Shown: positions 7,710 through 15,091, numbered from the stretch's first letter. The stretch is 32,000 bases of DNA from an uncultured archaeon (GCA_964373795.1 CAYJVY010000004.1:30001-62000); one strand, 5' to 3'. Program-made: numbers and translations. Notes: generated from the sequence alone by a model not told the origin.

Positions 7710-8522
7710 TTATTGAAATAAAAAACTTATAAAAGAATTAAATAAATAAAACGAAAGCATTGAAGGAGAAAAAACAGGCAATCCAGTCAAAGCTGCTTCG
7801 AATTTTTTCTTTAAAACTGGTTGAACAGTTAATTCAATTGGAATTAAATCAATTAATTCTCCATTTGAAACAGATTCAACTTTAAACTTGAATTGCTTTA
7901 ATCCATAAATTCTCGGATTAACTTTTAATTGAACTTCTTTTTTTTCACCTGCTTTTAATTCAAATTCTTTTTCTTCAAACCATAGTTTCTCTAAATCACT
8001 TGAAACCTTTAATTTGTGATCTGCAATTGAATTGTTAACTAAAGTTAAGTTAAAAGTTGTTTCCTCTCCTACAAAAGTTTTTTTCACTGTTTCAGGCAAG
8101 CTAATTGAAACCAATCCTTTTTTTACAGGAATTCTAATTTTAATTGATTCTGATTCAAGCAAGTTTTTTTCATCAACTGCTTTTACTTTAAACTCATATT
8201 CTTTGTTTGCTTCAGCATCTTTTGCAACAAGTACTTGCACTTCAAACACTTTTTGGTTTTTCTCTGAATCAATTGCTCTCCAATTTTTTGGAAGAGAATC
8301 TTTTTCAACAATTATTTGACTCCATTTAGTGTTAACAGTTGAAACCCCTGGATCGTTTGAAATTTTAAAAGAAAAAGTTTCTCCTGGTTGAACTGCATTC
8401 AATAAATGCCTTTCATTTGGTTGGTATGAAAATTTTTGAGTTTCAGTTATAACACTAATTAAGGCAAGGCCTTGCATTGAAAAAGCAAGCAAGAACACTA
8501 AAACTAAGAGTTTTTTTAACAT
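7710..8522 (-). CDS. Hypothetical cell-surface protein (signal peptide, beta-rich Ig/CARDB-like repeats, C-terminal hydrophobic anchor)
   Basis: The N-terminus is MLKKLLVLVFLLAFSMQGLA. The body is beta-rich with K/E/V-rich repeats. The C-terminal hydrophobic tail is LPVFSPSMLSFYLFNSFISFLF. Confidence 0.6.
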   Translation of the reverse strand: MLKKLLVLVFLLAFSMQGLALISVITETQKFSYQPNERHLLNAVQPGETFSFKISNDPGVSTVNTKWSQIIVEKDSLPKNWRAIDSEKNQKVFEVQVLVAKDAEANKEYEFKVKAVDEKNLLESESIKIRIPVKKGLVSISLPETVKKTFVGEETTFNLTLVNNSIADHKLKVSSDLEKLWFEEKEFELKAGEKKEVQLKVNPRIYGLKQFKFKVESVSNGELIDLIPIELTVQPVLKKKFEAALTGLPVFSPSMLSFYLFNSFISFLFQ

Positions 8523-8590
8523 TGTTATCCTACAATAATTTACTATAACAATACTTTTAAAGAATTACTGAAAAACAAAAAGTGATTTAA

Positions 8591-9190
8591 TTGACTAAAA
8601 ACATTGAAGAAATCAGGTTTGAAATGGTTAAAAAAAGGCATTCAGAAAGCCTTTCAAAAGCCATTAAAGAAGGAAAAGCAGATGAAAGAGTTATTCCTTT
8701 CCTGAAAAAAATTGCTGAAACACAAAATTTTTTTACTTCTTCTAGTTGTTGTGGAAGAATTTTATTACTCGGCTTGAAAGGAAAAGGATTAAAAAAAGAC
8801 TCTTATTTTCACTTCAAAAAACATAGAACTGTTTCATTCAAAGAAATTTGGGGTTCTCTTCAAAAAAAATCAATCGGAGTTTTATGGTTTAAAATAGAGC
8901 CATTCATTTTACACATTGGAGCAAAAAATTTAGAGAACACTGAAAGAATTTTAAAAGTAATGAAGGAAAGCGGAATAAAAAGAGGAGGAATAATTGTTAC
9001 AAAAAAAGGAAAATTCTTAACAGAATTACTTGGCACTCAAATGCTTTCAGTTCCAGTAAAAGAAAAAAACAAAATCTTAATTGAAAAAAAATTCTTAAAA
9101 TACTTAATTAAAATTGCAAACAAAAAATTAATTGAAAACTACAATTTATTGAAAAAATTTGAAGAACAATGCTTAAAAGAATTCGACTAA
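8591..9190 (+). CDS. taw3: tRNA wyosine-derivative methyltransferase Taw3/TYW3 family
   Basis: FFTSSSCCGRILLL matches the TYW3 family hallmark (T/S)SSC(S/C)GRI. The ~200-aa size is typical. The start codon is TTG. Confidence 0.75.
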   Translation: MTKNIEEIRFEMVKKRHSESLSKAIKEGKADERVIPFLKKIAETQNFFTSSSCCGRILLLGLKGKGLKKDSYFHFKKHRTVSFKEIWGSLQKKSIGVLWFKIEPFILHIGAKNLENTERILKVMKESGIKRGGIIVTKKGKFLTELLGTQMLSVPVKEKNKILIEKKFLKYLIKIANKKLIENYNLLKKFEEQCLKEFD

Positions 9191-9372
9191 CACGCCGTTC
9201 AGCCGGCGAGGCTGAGTCAAAAGCCGGCGAGGCTGAGTGTTCGTGTTGGCATCGCGCTTGCCGCGCAAGACGGCAGCTGAAAGTCGATGTCGGCCTCGTG
9301 TCGACGCACGAGACATCGCAGCCGACAAAGCTGAGGCAAGCGTCGAACGTGAAGCCGACGAAGCTGAACCCC
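9191..9372 (+). other. GC-rich (63%) repeat- and hairpin-dense intergenic island; candidate structured ncRNA or GC-cluster element of unknown class
   Basis: I counted 113 G/C in positions 9191-9370. There are four direct copies of AGCCGRCRARGCTGAR at 9201, 9222, 9320 and 9353. An interrupted hairpin spans 9285-9318 and a second hairpin spans 9257-9269. A closing helix pairs GTTCAGC (9197-9203) with GCTGAAC (9363-9369). The strand is assigned only because both neighbouring genes are on +. Confidence 0.5.
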
Positions 9373-9399
9373 TCATATGATTTGAGAAGTGAAACTTAA

Positions 9400-9921
9400 A
9401 TGAATAAAAGATTGTTTTTAGCAATTAATTTGCCTTTAGAATTAAAGGAAAAAATTTTTGAAACTTTTTCGAAAAAATTGCCAAAAGATTTAAAGATTGT
9501 GAAAAAAGAAAACATTCATTTAACACTGCTTTTTATAGGGTATTATCCTGAAGAAAAAATCGCAGAATTAAAGGAAAAACTTTCAGAAATCGAATTCAAT
9601 TCATTTGAATTAAAGTTAAACTCTCTTGGAACTTTTAATGGAAGAGTTATCTGGCTTGGAGCTGTAAAAGGAAAAGAAAAATTCAAGGAATTAAGTGAAA
9701 AAATTCAGGAAAAAATCGGAGTAAAAGATAATAGAATTTCCGCTCATTTAACTTTGGCTAGAAACAAGTTTTTGAAATTAAAAGAAATAAAAGAGTTGAT
9801 TTCAAAAATTAATGCAGGCTTTAATGAAACAATTTTAGTGAAAAGCTTTGAATTAATGGAATCCAAATTAACTCCTAAAGGATCAATTTATTTTATTGAA
9901 GCCAGTTTTAAGTTAACATAA
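9400..9921 (+). CDS. thpR: RNA 2',3'-cyclic phosphodiesterase / 2'-5' RNA ligase family (2H phosphoesterase, ThpR/LigT)
   Basis: Two HxT motifs are present at the canonical spacing: IHLTLLFIG and AHLTLAR. The length is 173 aa. Confidence 0.88.
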   Translation: MNKRLFLAINLPLELKEKIFETFSKKLPKDLKIVKKENIHLTLLFIGYYPEEKIAELKEKLSEIEFNSFELKLNSLGTFNGRVIWLGAVKGKEKFKELSEKIQEKIGVKDNRISAHLTLARNKFLKLKEIKELISKINAGFNETILVKSFELMESKLTPKGSIYFIEASFKLT

Positions 9922-11481
9922 TTAGGTTTTAGCAATTTTATCTAAAACTGCTTCTTCATTGAAATAGTATTCTTGAATTATTTTTTCAACATCTGGATCG
10001 AATGAAATGTTTTGTTGCTGCATCCATTCCAGAATGCGTTGCCTTATAACTATTTCATCTTTTAATGCCTTTTTATTTAACCCTGTTTTCTCGCTTAATT
10101 CTTGCATTACATGGCTTGGAACATCAGTTCTATAAATTGTTTCTTTTGCTGGATCAAATTCAAAAATATTTCCAAGTAAAACTTTTTCACCCATTCTGCT
10201 TACCTCTGTTACTTGACTAACTCTTCTAATCATTCCTTTTTCTCTGTCAAAAATTCTTTGAGTTACAACAATTAAGTCAAGCAAGGGAAGCATTTGTTCA
10301 GGAACATTCATTGGAGGATTTTTTAATCTAATAATCATTTCATTAGCATTATTAGAATGCAGTGTACCCATTATTCCTTTATGACCTGTATCCATTGCAA
10401 CAAACAATGTTTCAGCTTCTGAGCCTCGAACTTCTCCAACAATTATTCTATCAGGGCGCATTCTCAAAGAATTTTTTAACAAGTCATCCATGGTAACTTC
10501 AGGGATTTCTCTAGTAGGAGGGTGCGTTTCCATTTGAATCCAATTATCTCTTTCACCTAAACTTATTTCAATAGTGTCTTCAATTGAAATAATTCTCTCC
10601 CTATAAGGAATTAAAGTCGTTAACGCGTCAAGTAAAGTTGTTTTCCCTGAACCAGTTCCTCCAGTAATAATCATATTCATTGGCTCAATTCCTTTTCCTT
10701 CAACCATTAACCAAAGAAAAGCTGCTAACTCGCTTGAAATAGTTTTATTATTAATTAAATCAATAATTGAAATAGGTGAATAACTAAATTTTCTAATAGT
10801 TAAAGAAGTTCCAAAAGGAGTTATACTTGGATAAGTAGCATTTGCTCTAGAGCCATCTGGAAGCCTTGCATTCAATAAAGGATACTGAGAAGAAAATTTT
10901 CTACTAGAATAATTTGAAATCCTTATTGCAAGATCCAAAATTGCTCCATCGTGTTTTGGAACAAAAATATTTGTTTTACAAAAACCAAACTTTCTATGAT
11001 AAACAAAAATGTTTTTGTTTTCTCCATTCACCATTATTTCCTCTAACTGTGTTTCCCTCATTAAAGGAGATAAAACATCATACCCAATAGTGAAATCAAT
11101 TATTTTGTTTACAACTGTTGCAATATTTTTAATTGAATCTTTTTGACGAGTTAAAATCGGAAGTAAGTCAACCTTAAATTTTTTAACAAAATTCGAGGAA
11201 GGTAGTTTTTCAAATAATTTTTCTTCTTCAATTTTTTTAGAGGTTTCCTCTAACACTTTTTTTTCTTCAGAGTTAAGTTTGCCAAAATGTTTTTCAAGCT
11301 CAGTTAAAGAAGCCTTCTTAAGAAAAAAATCTTGCAATAATTTAACAACTTTTTCCTCTTGCTCTGAAATAACTGGATCAACTACTTCAAAAAAATTGTA
11401 AGGAAATCCTTCAAAGATATTTGATTCAGGGAAAGACTGCACTTTTTTTCCTTTAAAGAATTCAAACCTATTTTCAGTCAT
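9922..11481 (-). CDS. Type II/IV secretion-system ATPase (archaeal FlaI/ArlI-PilB-VirB11 family)
   Basis: Walker A is ITGGTGSGKTTLLDAL. The Asp box/Walker B region is RIISIEDTIE ... PDRIIVGEVRG. The His box is MGTLHSN. No FlaJ/TadC-like platform gene is adjacent. Confidence 0.9.
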   Translation of the reverse strand: MTENRFEFFKGKKVQSFPESNIFEGFPYNFFEVVDPVISEQEEKVVKLLQDFFLKKASLTELEKHFGKLNSEEKKVLEETSKKIEEEKLFEKLPSSNFVKKFKVDLLPILTRQKDSIKNIATVVNKIIDFTIGYDVLSPLMRETQLEEIMVNGENKNIFVYHRKFGFCKTNIFVPKHDGAILDLAIRISNYSSRKFSSQYPLLNARLPDGSRANATYPSITPFGTSLTIRKFSYSPISIIDLINNKTISSELAAFLWLMVEGKGIEPMNMIITGGTGSGKTTLLDALTTLIPYRERIISIEDTIEISLGERDNWIQMETHPPTREIPEVTMDDLLKNSLRMRPDRIIVGEVRGSEAETLFVAMDTGHKGIMGTLHSNNANEMIIRLKNPPMNVPEQMLPLLDLIVVTQRIFDREKGMIRRVSQVTEVSRMGEKVLLGNIFEFDPAKETIYRTDVPSHVMQELSEKTGLNKKALKDEIVIRQRILEWMQQQNISFDPDVEKIIQEYYFNEEAVLDKIAKT

Positions 11482-11563
11482 ACAATAAATTAATGAATTA
11501 ATAAATATTTAAACGTTGCTTTAAATTTGCTGCAAACAAGGAAAGAAAACTTAAATATAGTTC

Positions 11564-11637
11564 TATAGTATTACTAATATTAAATTTGGAGCATGGTTGT
11601 TTTGATTGATTTAAGTAAAGTAATTAAAAAAATTAAG
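11564..11637 (+). repeat. Copy B of the 74-bp inverted repeat (29 bp upstream of cca plus its first 45 nt)
   Basis: See the feature at 5556-5629. This copy contains a TATA-like tatagtatt, an SD-like ggag and the functional cca ATG at 11593. Confidence 0.95.
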
Positions 11638-12978
11638 CCAAGTGAATCAGAGTTAAAAGAAGAAAAAAAAATAGTAAAAGAATTAACTGAAAAAATTCGC
11701 TTAATTGAAGGCAAGCACTTAGACATTGTATTAGCTGGATCAATTAGTAGGGAAACTCATTTGAAGGGAGATAGAGACATTGACTTATTTATTTTATTTG
11801 ATAAAGCTTTATCCAGAGAAGAATTTGAAAAAGAAGGTTTAAGAATTGCGAAAACCGTTTTCAGAGGATTTAAATGGGAAAAAGCTTTTTCAGAACACCC
11901 ATACATTAGAGGAGAAATTAAAGGATTCAAAATCGAAATAGTTCCATCATATAAAATTTCCGATACAAGTGAATTACAATCAGCTGTTGATAGAACTCCT
12001 TTTCACACAAAATATTTATTACAACATTTAAGAGAAGAACAAAAAGACGAAGTCAGATTATTAAGACAATTCTTAAAAGGCATTAAATGCTATGGAGCTG
12101 ATTTAAAGACAAGCAGTTTTTCAGGATATATGACTGAATTAATTATTTTAAAGTATGGAAGTTTTTTGAATGCGTTAAAAGCTGCAAGTGAATGGAGTAA
12201 AGGAGAAGTAATTGATTTAGAAAACTTTTACTCTGCAGAAGAAGCTAGAAAAAAATTTAATTCTCATTTCATTGTATTAGATCCAACTGATAAAAATAGA
12301 AATGTTGCAGGAGCTCTAGCATTCAATCAATTTTGTAGACTTATTGCTGCTTCTCGCATGTTTTTAATCAAGCCTTCAGAAAAATTCTTTTTTGGATTAA
12401 AAGAAAAGTCTTTAAATGAAAAAAAAGTAAAACAGTTACTGGAAAAAGAAGACTTAATTGGAATTGAATTAGGTTATCCAAAAAAAGTTATTTCAGACGT
12501 TGTTTGGGGGCAAATTAAGAGGCTGAGAAAAAAAATTGAAAGCGAGTTAACTTTAAATGAGTTTCAAGTAATTAGAGCAGACGATTGGACTGATGAAAAA
12601 AAGCTTGTAGTTATTTTAATTGAAGTTGAAAATGAATTAATTCAACAAATTCATAAAAGAATTGGCCCAGAAATAACTGATAAAAAGAATTCTGAAATGT
12701 TTTTAAAAGCACATTTAAACCCTTTCACCGGGCCAAGAATTGAAAATGGTAGATGGGTTGTTGAAGTGAAAAGAAAATATTTTTCCTCGCAAAAATTACT
12801 TCAAGATTTGTTAAAAAATTATAAGAAAAACTCTAAAGAAACAATTAAAAAATCCTTAAACAAAAAAACAAGAATTTTATTCAAACAAGACATTATTTCA
12901 TTGTATAAAAAAAATAAAGAATTTCAAGAATATTTTACTAAATTCTTAAAAGGAAGAGAAGAATTTTTAGAGTACTAA
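11593..12978 (+). CDS. cca: CCA-adding enzyme (archaeal class I tRNA nucleotidyltransferase)
   Basis: LAGSISRETHLKGDRDIDLFILF is the class I nucleotidyltransferase motif. RTPFHT is also present. The 461-aa length and overall architecture are typical of archaeal Cca. Confidence 0.9.
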   Translation: MVVLIDLSKVIKKIKPSESELKEEKKIVKELTEKIRLIEGKHLDIVLAGSISRETHLKGDRDIDLFILFDKALSREEFEKEGLRIAKTVFRGFKWEKAFSEHPYIRGEIKGFKIEIVPSYKISDTSELQSAVDRTPFHTKYLLQHLREEQKDEVRLLRQFLKGIKCYGADLKTSSFSGYMTELIILKYGSFLNALKAASEWSKGEVIDLENFYSAEEARKKFNSHFIVLDPTDKNRNVAGALAFNQFCRLIAASRMFLIKPSEKFFFGLKEKSLNEKKVKQLLEKEDLIGIELGYPKKVISDVVWGQIKRLRKKIESELTLNEFQVIRADDWTDEKKLVVILIEVENELIQQIHKRIGPEITDKKNSEMFLKAHLNPFTGPRIENGRWVVEVKRKYFSSQKLLQDLLKNYKKNSKETIKKSLNKKTRILFKQDIISLYKKNKEFQEYFTKFLKGREEFLEY

Positions 12979-12988
12979 TTAAGAGTAC

Positions 12989-13597
12989 TTAATCGATTAC
13001 TGCAATTACTCTGCATGGAGCGCCATCAGCTTCTTCAATCTTTAAAGGCATAACATAACAAGTGAATTGCTTGCCTAAAAGTTGTTCTAAATTAACTAAG
13101 TTTTCTAGGATTAGTATGTTTTTTCTCATGAGAATTTTGTGTATTTCATAAGGTGGATTATCAGGAGAAAAAGAATCCATGCCAACAATTCTTACTTTTT
13201 TCTTCACAAGCTCTTCAGCAGTCTTCCTTGACAGTACTGGATTGTTTTCAAAAAAATCTTCAGAATATAGTTTCTTTGAATGATTTGTGCAAAACAAAAC
13301 AATGTCATCTTTTTTTATATTATTCAAATCTACTTTAATTTCTTTTTGTCCTCGTACATCTAATACAATTGCTTTTCCAATAAATGTTTTAATTGGAAAT
13401 TCATCAAGTTTCTTTCCCTCTGCCAGCATATGAAAAGGAGCATCAATATGAGTTGAAAAATGAGAATTAAATGAAATTCTTTTTTCATTCCAACCATCTT
13501 TTTCAATTGTTGCAAATTGCTTAATTTCTTGTTTTGGATCTTCTGGAAAAGAAGGAGTTCTATTATTTATTGGCATTGTTAAATCAAATATTTTCAT
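12989..13597 (-). CDS. Cyclase-family protein (kynurenine formamidase-like)
   Basis: HFSTHIDAPFHM matches the HxGTHxDxPxH metal-binding motif of the putative cyclase family. The length is 202 aa. Confidence 0.8.
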   Translation of the reverse strand: MKIFDLTMPINNRTPSFPEDPKQEIKQFATIEKDGWNEKRISFNSHFSTHIDAPFHMLAEGKKLDEFPIKTFIGKAIVLDVRGQKEIKVDLNNIKKDDIVLFCTNHSKKLYSEDFFENNPVLSRKTAEELVKKKVRIVGMDSFSPDNPPYEIHKILMRKNILILENLVNLEQLLGKQFTCYVMPLKIEEADGAPCRVIAVID

Positions 13598-13648
13598 AGT
13601 ATAACCAACTAATAAAATTTTTTAAAAATTTTGCGAACGACGTGCAAA

Positions 13649-13723
13649 CGAGCCTGGTGGGATTCGAACCCACGATCCCGTCGTCCGAAGCGACGTGCGA
13701 TATCCAGACTACGCTACAGGCCC
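13649..13723 (-). tRNA. tRNA-Arg (anticodon UCG); the 3' CCA is not encoded
   Basis: The minus-strand sequence folds as a cloverleaf. The acceptor stem is GGGCCTG/CAGGCTC with one G-U pair. The anticodon stem CGTCG/CGACG carries the loop CTTCGGA, giving anticodon TCG. The T arm is GTGGG-TTCGAAT-CCCAC. The discriminator is G, followed by TTTG rather than CCA. No intron is present. Confidence 0.9.
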
Positions 13724-13725
13724 AC

Positions 13726-13770
13726 AACTTTTTTAGCGTGTTTTTCTTTTTAGAAAAACACTAAAAAGTT
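13726..13770. other. Long imperfect hairpin or palindrome starting 3 nt upstream of the tRNA-Arg 5' end
   Basis: The inner perfect 10-bp stem is gtgtttttct (13738-13747) paired with agaaaaacac (13752-13761), with a tttt loop. The outer stem of about 9 bp is aactttttta (13726-13735) paired with taaaaagtt (13762-13770), with a bulge and an internal loop. Confidence 0.7.
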
Positions 13771-13820
13771 GACAAAAAATTTATAAAAATTTACAAAAAT
13801 TTATAAAAATTTATAAAAAA
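13771..13820. repeat. Five tandem 10-bp A-tract / TATA-like units (TTAYAAAAAT) in helical phase
   Basis: The units are gacaaaaaat, ttataaaaat, ttacaaaaat, ttataaaaat and ttataaaaaa. They lie between the divergent tRNA-Arg and Zn-ribbon/EF-1beta genes and are flanked by TTGACA hexamers at 13769 and 13825. Confidence 0.85.
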
Positions 13821-13947
13821 ATTCTTGACATTTTTTGGCGTTGAATGTTTGAAATTTAAATAAGTTATTGTTCCAAGAATTTAAAAACCTTTAAAAAACC
13901 TTGCCAAGCAATTTATTGTATTAAAACTCTTTTTATTGGAGATCAAA

Positions 13948-14103
13948 ATGAAAACATGCACTACATGCAATGTAGAAGTAACACATGAATATGTTGAATT
14001 TAAATGCCCTTCTTGTGGCAAAACACATATTCTGAGATGCGATCATTGCAGGGAAACAATTAAACCATATAAATGCAGTGAATGTGGTTTTGAAGGTCCT
14101 TAG
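13948..14103 (+). CDS. Small double zinc-ribbon protein (four CxxC), translation-associated family usually found upstream of aEF-1beta
   Basis: The 51-aa ORF is MKTCTTCNVEVTHEYVEFKCPSCGKTHILRCDHCRETIKPYKCSECGFEGP. It has an SD-like ggag 9 nt upstream. It is not in the supplied track because it is short. As I recall (COG2888-type, from memory), this family's linkage with EF-1beta is conserved. Confidence 0.75.
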   Translation: MKTCTTCNVEVTHEYVEFKCPSCGKTHILRCDHCRETIKPYKCSECGFEGP

Positions 14104-14114
14104 TTGGAATTTGT

Positions 14115-14375
14115 ATGGGAAAAATTTTAGTAATATATAAAATTAATGCAAAAGATTTAGACAAATTAGATGAAACAGTTAAAGCAGTTAAAGGAATTAA
14201 AAACGGAGAAGTAAAAGACGTTAAAAGAGAACCAATTGGTTTTGGAGTTGAAGTAATTAAAGCTGCAATACTAATTCCAGAAAAAGATGATGCAATTTTA
14301 AACAAAGTAACAGAAGAAATTAATTCACTAAAACTAGTTGAAGACGCTGAAGTAGAATTAATGACTCTACTTTAA
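14115..14375 (+). CDS. ef1b: Translation elongation factor aEF-1 beta
   Basis: At 86 aa, the sequence MGKILVIYKI...REPIGFGVEVIKAAILIPEKDD...VEDAEVELMTLL follows the aEF-1beta pattern. Confidence 0.85.
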   Translation: MGKILVIYKINAKDLDKLDETVKAVKGIKNGEVKDVKREPIGFGVEVIKAAILIPEKDDAILNKVTEEINSLKLVEDAEVELMTLL

Positions 14376-14377
14376 AG

Positions 14378-15091
14378 CTATTTCTTTTTCTTTGACATTT
14401 TCCACAAAAAATTAAACAAAGATAAATTGCTTTGAGTTACATCTTTATTTTCAATAACAATTCCAAAAGGAGGAGTAGTCCAAATAAAGAGGCTAGTCTT
14501 ATTTCCATAAGTCCAAGTAGAAATTTTTGAAATAAATTCTTTTGAGATAAATCTATATATTTCTGTTTTTGCAGTTACAAATTTTGCATCTTCATTACAA
14601 ATTAGTTTACCTTTTATACTTAATCTTTCCACTTGCTTAAGCCATTGTAGAATGTATGGATCTATTTCTGTGAAAAACTTTTCAACTTCTCCAATAAAAG
14701 TGTAAGGCTTTTTTTCTCTTAAAATATCTTTCATTATTGTTTTTAGGCCTTCTTTGCCTTTATACAATTCTATTTTTGATTCTTCTTTTGGCAAAGACAT
14801 TAGTTTTTCTAGTTCAGGCACGATTATTTCCGTTTGTTTTAGTTTTTCTTTTAGATCATCACAAAGCTTTGTAGGGTGTGCTGCGTTGAAATATGTTATA
14901 TTATTAGTTATAAAAGAGCTTACAAGACCTTTTTCTGTTAAAACAGCTAGAAACCTATAGGTTGTTGCCCTGTCAATATTTGTTTCAGAAGCAATTTTTG
15001 TAGCAGTTGATACGCCGAATCTAAGTAATACTAAATAAATTTTGATTTCCTGTTCAGATAAACCAATTTTTCTTAAAATAGTTGTATCCAT
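14378..15091 (-). CDS. TrmB family transcriptional regulator
   Basis: LGLSEQEIKIYLVLLRFGVSTATKIASETNIDRATTYRFLAVLTEKGLV is the TrmB-type winged HTH, followed by a TrmB-like C-terminal domain. Confidence 0.85.
   Translation of the reverse strand: MDTTILRKIGLSEQEIKIYLVLLRFGVSTATKIASETNIDRATTYRFLAVLTEKGLVSSFITNNITYFNAAHPTKLCDDLKEKLKQTEIIVPELEKLMSLPKEESKIELYKGKEGLKTIMKDILREKKPYTFIGEVEKFFTEIDPYILQWLKQVERLSIKGKLICNEDAKFVTAKTEIYRFISKEFISKISTWTYGNKTSLFIWTTPPFGIVIENKDVTQSNLSLFNFLWKMSKKKK

Noticed and set aside
9191-9372. The GC island might be a known RNA (tRNA, 5S rRNA, SRP RNA, RNase P RNA or a C/D-box sRNA).
   Set aside because: There is no T-arm GTTCRANYC or cloverleaf. The CGAACGTGAAGCC segment only superficially resembles the 5S loop C/helix III region, and the element is about 50 nt too long. 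No SRP helix-8 GGAAG...AGCAGCC pair is present. GAAAGTC alone resembles RNase P CR-I, without CR-II to CR-V. There is no RUGAUGA box. The class therefore stays unassigned rather than being given a name.
9169-9424. Track ORFs 9169..9399 (+, 76 aa) and 9173..9424 (-, 83 aa) span the GC-rich island.
   Set aside because: They are open only because GC-rich sequence lacks stop codons. The + ORF starts inside taw3. The products are low-complexity Arg/Ala/Ser strings with repeats that simply mirror the 17-nt DNA repeats. Neither has an SD site or resembles any family.
5630-11563. The inverted-repeat-bounded 5.9-kb block might be a mobile element or a programmed invertible (phase-variation) switch.
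   Set aside because: There is no transposase, integrase, invertase or target-site duplication. The cargo is housekeeping genes (elp3, taw3, thpR). One repeat copy is simply the 5' end of an essential gene. I keep it as a rearrangement footprint rather than a mobile element.
13771-13820. The tandem 10-bp repeats might be a CRISPR array or minisatellite.
   Set aside because: The units are only 10 bp, contiguous with no spacers, and pure A/T. No cas genes are present. They are better explained as phased TATA/A-tract promoter DNA.
13769-13830. Two TTGACA hexamers resemble bacterial -35 boxes.
   Set aside because: The genome is archaeal by every informational gene, and sigma-70 promoter logic does not apply. 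The matches are likely chance or part of the repeat borders.
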